Assembly: GCA_009859145.1 (NCBI GenBank)
Contig: VRVR01000009.1
Location: 124,001 to 188,000 of the forward strand
Direction of reading: 5' to 3'
Origin: Andalucia godoyi And28
Taxonomy: Eukaryota; Protista; Jakobida
Length of the DNA stretch: 64,000 nt
Position numbers and translations under genes: made by a program. Shown here one piece after another: positions 62,801-64,000 of the stretch (within the stretch, counting starts at the first letter, position 1; each line of letters starts with the position of its first letter). Below the pieces are notes generated by a model. The model saw only the letters and a list, made by a program, of their open reading frames with translations, was not told the DNA's origin and ran no database searches.

Positions 62801-62998
62801 TTTTCTGGATGCCGCGATACGTGTGTGCGCGTCTTCAGTGCTTCTACGGGCGACATGGTGCTCGATTTTGCGGCACATTCCGGCAGCATCTTCTCAATGG
62901 CTTATGCCTCCAATCTTGGTTTGCTTGCCACCTCCGGAAGTGATGGTTTCGTGCGTTTATGGAACATGCGCTGGAAGAAATTGAAGAACGCTATCTAA
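59891..62998 (+). CDS. Ser-rich N-terminus + flavin-reductase-like (split-barrel) domain + C-terminal 7-bladed WD40 protein
   Basis: FLTIVSDASSLTARNIEKSGVLSLTV..VPVLEGGVQSMECEVVQSVPPANGDKTIMFLVRVV; WD repeats GHSGVVSSVNFN..LASAGTDETVKLWN, GHRSWVHSARFS, AHSGSIFSMAY..SGSDGFVRLWN. Confidence 0.85.
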   Translation: MATTAESPVQPAHEYSPSISDFDEEEHRESSLFLQNGGGNYAGSDAGNGSASQNISKPPSFADFAVQSGALPDWKQLSAPISPNIMMPLEPASASSSGASCSAELQSRSSSFVGASDYDSRSPKQSYGSSQQQKRPTTANDLTLSQSRALRDSYPGHQTLSPSSSPKSSAAARRTGKPTSIDVASSSPAGASSNSSRRSPVGSPLLQRKSSAYSSTSTAAESTKSDACSSYSPMSPQRRAEIHQRYTKLSSSPKHLQPGSLNPRASSDVSRPTKMIPVRSACGSFQSYYAHLQSLGRSMTDDARKALHRHIAMDAKWDSSVVVPRFFHCALMCTTGIRENISSCGLVYDSTFQMTATEKARELSARSPTAEEKRPRLNRSDTMALMQYNNVPQFLTIVSDASSLTARNIEKSGVLSLTVCSAAHLLVYKLCLDYPGSKIDKAAVIRELGYHTFMGAAVRVPVLEGGVQSMECEVVQSVPPANGDKTIMFLVRVVAFTPASSRVEPLFCGRGLFFSDRMGTKVPFMSKGFMRFVHDILAQHRVDGVFLSDEKPIAVVEPQKLQDVGSSERRVKFSDDEGTGEGMRRTASLRKDKTSEEHKSYSDAKHLGEQRGQRERHENMRQVFQDSIRRQSLANNSLARALSSQSLLTLPAFHDTASSDRGSTMTSETDGGYVIVDDVDGTMAKLAIRNGDGDEHYLHPSEICQSASVIDRLRHRKTVSINKEFLSVDLEWSHCSPKPDGHSGVVSSVNFNPEDQIFLASAGTDETVKLWNISKHDGVLLRTMTGHRGAIRQCQFHPTGMYLASTSDDGAIGIWSMQGRNEMMKSWMELADEPQRCLSFNVDGTHLATAGYKRAHIWDAERGQVITSFDAHALQVYGIHFHPTFNVAVTCGDDHAVKVWDLDSGKCVHRFEGHRSWVHSARFSEDGMLLGSASNDTTVQVRDWRVNTTLFSLTQHRAPVTCVDFGGGFVFSGCRDTCVRVFSASTGDMVLDFAAHSGSIFSMAYASNLGLLATSGSDGFVRLWNMRWKKLKNAI

Positions 62999-63389
62999 TG
63001 CTTACGAATTTTTGAGTTTTCAATTTTGAATCTGTTCACCGTTGCTGTTTATAGTAGATCCCAATTGTTTCGTGTCAGCCCTTCATCGTTCGTGTACTAG
63101 AGTGCCGATCATGAGCAAGAGCATTACGCCTGAACTCTTTCGATAATATTGAATGTTGTAAAACTGTGTTTTGTTTCAGTTTTTCCGGCGGGGGAGGAGG
63201 GGACGCATCTCGTCTTGTCCGTTGTGCTGTCATTTGTGCTGGTTGCTGTCGCACTGCACTGTTTCGCACAAAGGCGACAACAAAGCAACATGCATGAACG
63301 AACGTAAAAAACAGCAGGCATTCGAAATAAGAATCCGGATTTTTGTTCGCTGAGCAACCCAAGGCTCGAGGCTGTGTATGTGAAATGCT

Positions 63390-63583
63390 CCAAATTGTTC
63401 AGGCGCTATGCCGGATTGATCGCAATTGGAATGGCGCGCGCAAAAACATTTATCTGAAGAACGCCGGCAAAGCGTGTTAGGGCCTATCCCCCCCTCCCGT
63501 CCATGGCGACAGGGCTCGGGTTGCAACATTTGATTACGGCATGACTAGCGATCGTCATGCATACTCAGTGTACAATGTAGGCG
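63390..63583 (+). mobile_element. Fanzor2/TnpB-type element relic 3 (3' fragment with putative omegaRNA end)
   Basis: Translates RIDRNWNGARKNIYLKNA (catalytic RuvC-III Asp changed to Asn); GCGTGTTAGGGCCTATCCCC block; ends CAGTGTACAATGTAGGCG at 63583. Confidence 0.85.
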
Positions 63584-63858
63584 TTGGCAACTTTTCTTTC
63601 TTTCGTTTTAGCTAAAATGCTTGAAACTCTGACGTAGGGTTTTCGGCCATCCGGATAGAACTAAATAAAAACCAGCTTCCGTCTTTCTTCTTTTATGTTC
63701 TTATGTCGCATTGGTTGAGTTGTCATTGTCCACAATTCGGATTTGTTGAAACGTTGCCGTTACAATAGTACCAACTAGAAACCAATTCGTATTGGATTTC
63801 AGCGTGTCCCGTAGAAAAACGTGCGTAGTCCACAAGAGCCTTCTTTTTCTCATTTCTG

Positions 63859-64000
63859 CGCCTACACTATACACTGAACATGCGTATCTATGAACAGACA
63901 TGCATCTTCAATCTTGCATCCCGTTGCCGCGAAGGGGATAGGCCCCAACACGCCTCACGGCGTTCTTCAGATAGATGTTCCGCGCTCCGTTCCCAATCTC
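63859..64000 (-). mobile_element. Fanzor2/TnpB-type element copy 2 (3' end; continues beyond the window)
   Basis: Minus strand: GA GAT TGG G AAC GGA GCG CGG AAC ATC TAT CTG AAG AAC = (R)DW[+1]NGARNIYLKN; GCGTGTTGGGGCCTATCCCC block; ends CAGTGTATAGTGTAGGCG at 63859. Confidence 0.85.

Noticed and set aside
30-64000. The many 60-300 aa ORFs overlapping larger genes on the other strand or frame
   Set aside because: They are shadow ORFs of long genes, mostly with non-ATG starts and no protein-like motifs.
1-64000. CRISPR arrays, rRNA genes, prophage or integrated giant-virus genes
   Set aside because: No regularly spaced repeats, rRNA motifs or viral hallmark genes were seen; gene content is eukaryotic housekeeping.

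Overview
Gene-dense, nearly intron-free eukaryotic nuclear DNA from a flagellated protist (compact-genome type; a jakobid-like organism is only a guess). About 29 protein-coding genes are present on both strands. Recognisable ones include FAD synthase, CHMP2/Vps2, WDR92, a dynein-type thioredoxin, CYB5D1, a giant plant-type LRR receptor, a Varp-like VPS9 protein, ALG14, EMC10, two LEA-like proteins, VPS18, a DHHC/DHYC palmitoyltransferase, SMC5, HOP2, an AGC kinase-WD40 fusion, TOP1, PP5, TEX261, BRR2 and a flavin-reductase-like/WD40 fusion. There is one tRNA-Met, and only two clear spliceosomal introns were found. The main hidden signal is three decayed Fanzor2/TnpB-type (OMEGA RNA-guided nuclease) element ends at 29.4-29.9 kb (-), 63.4-63.6 kb (+) and 63.86-64.0 kb (-). 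They share the RuvC-III motif NGARNI and a conserved, structured 3' region that ends sharply at CAGTGTAYARTGTAGGCG and is followed by unrelated flanks, as expected for an omegaRNA scaffold plus guide. A second, unexplained dispersed repeat of about 400-620 bp occurs three times, each copy head-to-head with a gene start 80-170 bp away. All identifications come from motif recognition by eye; no database searches were run.
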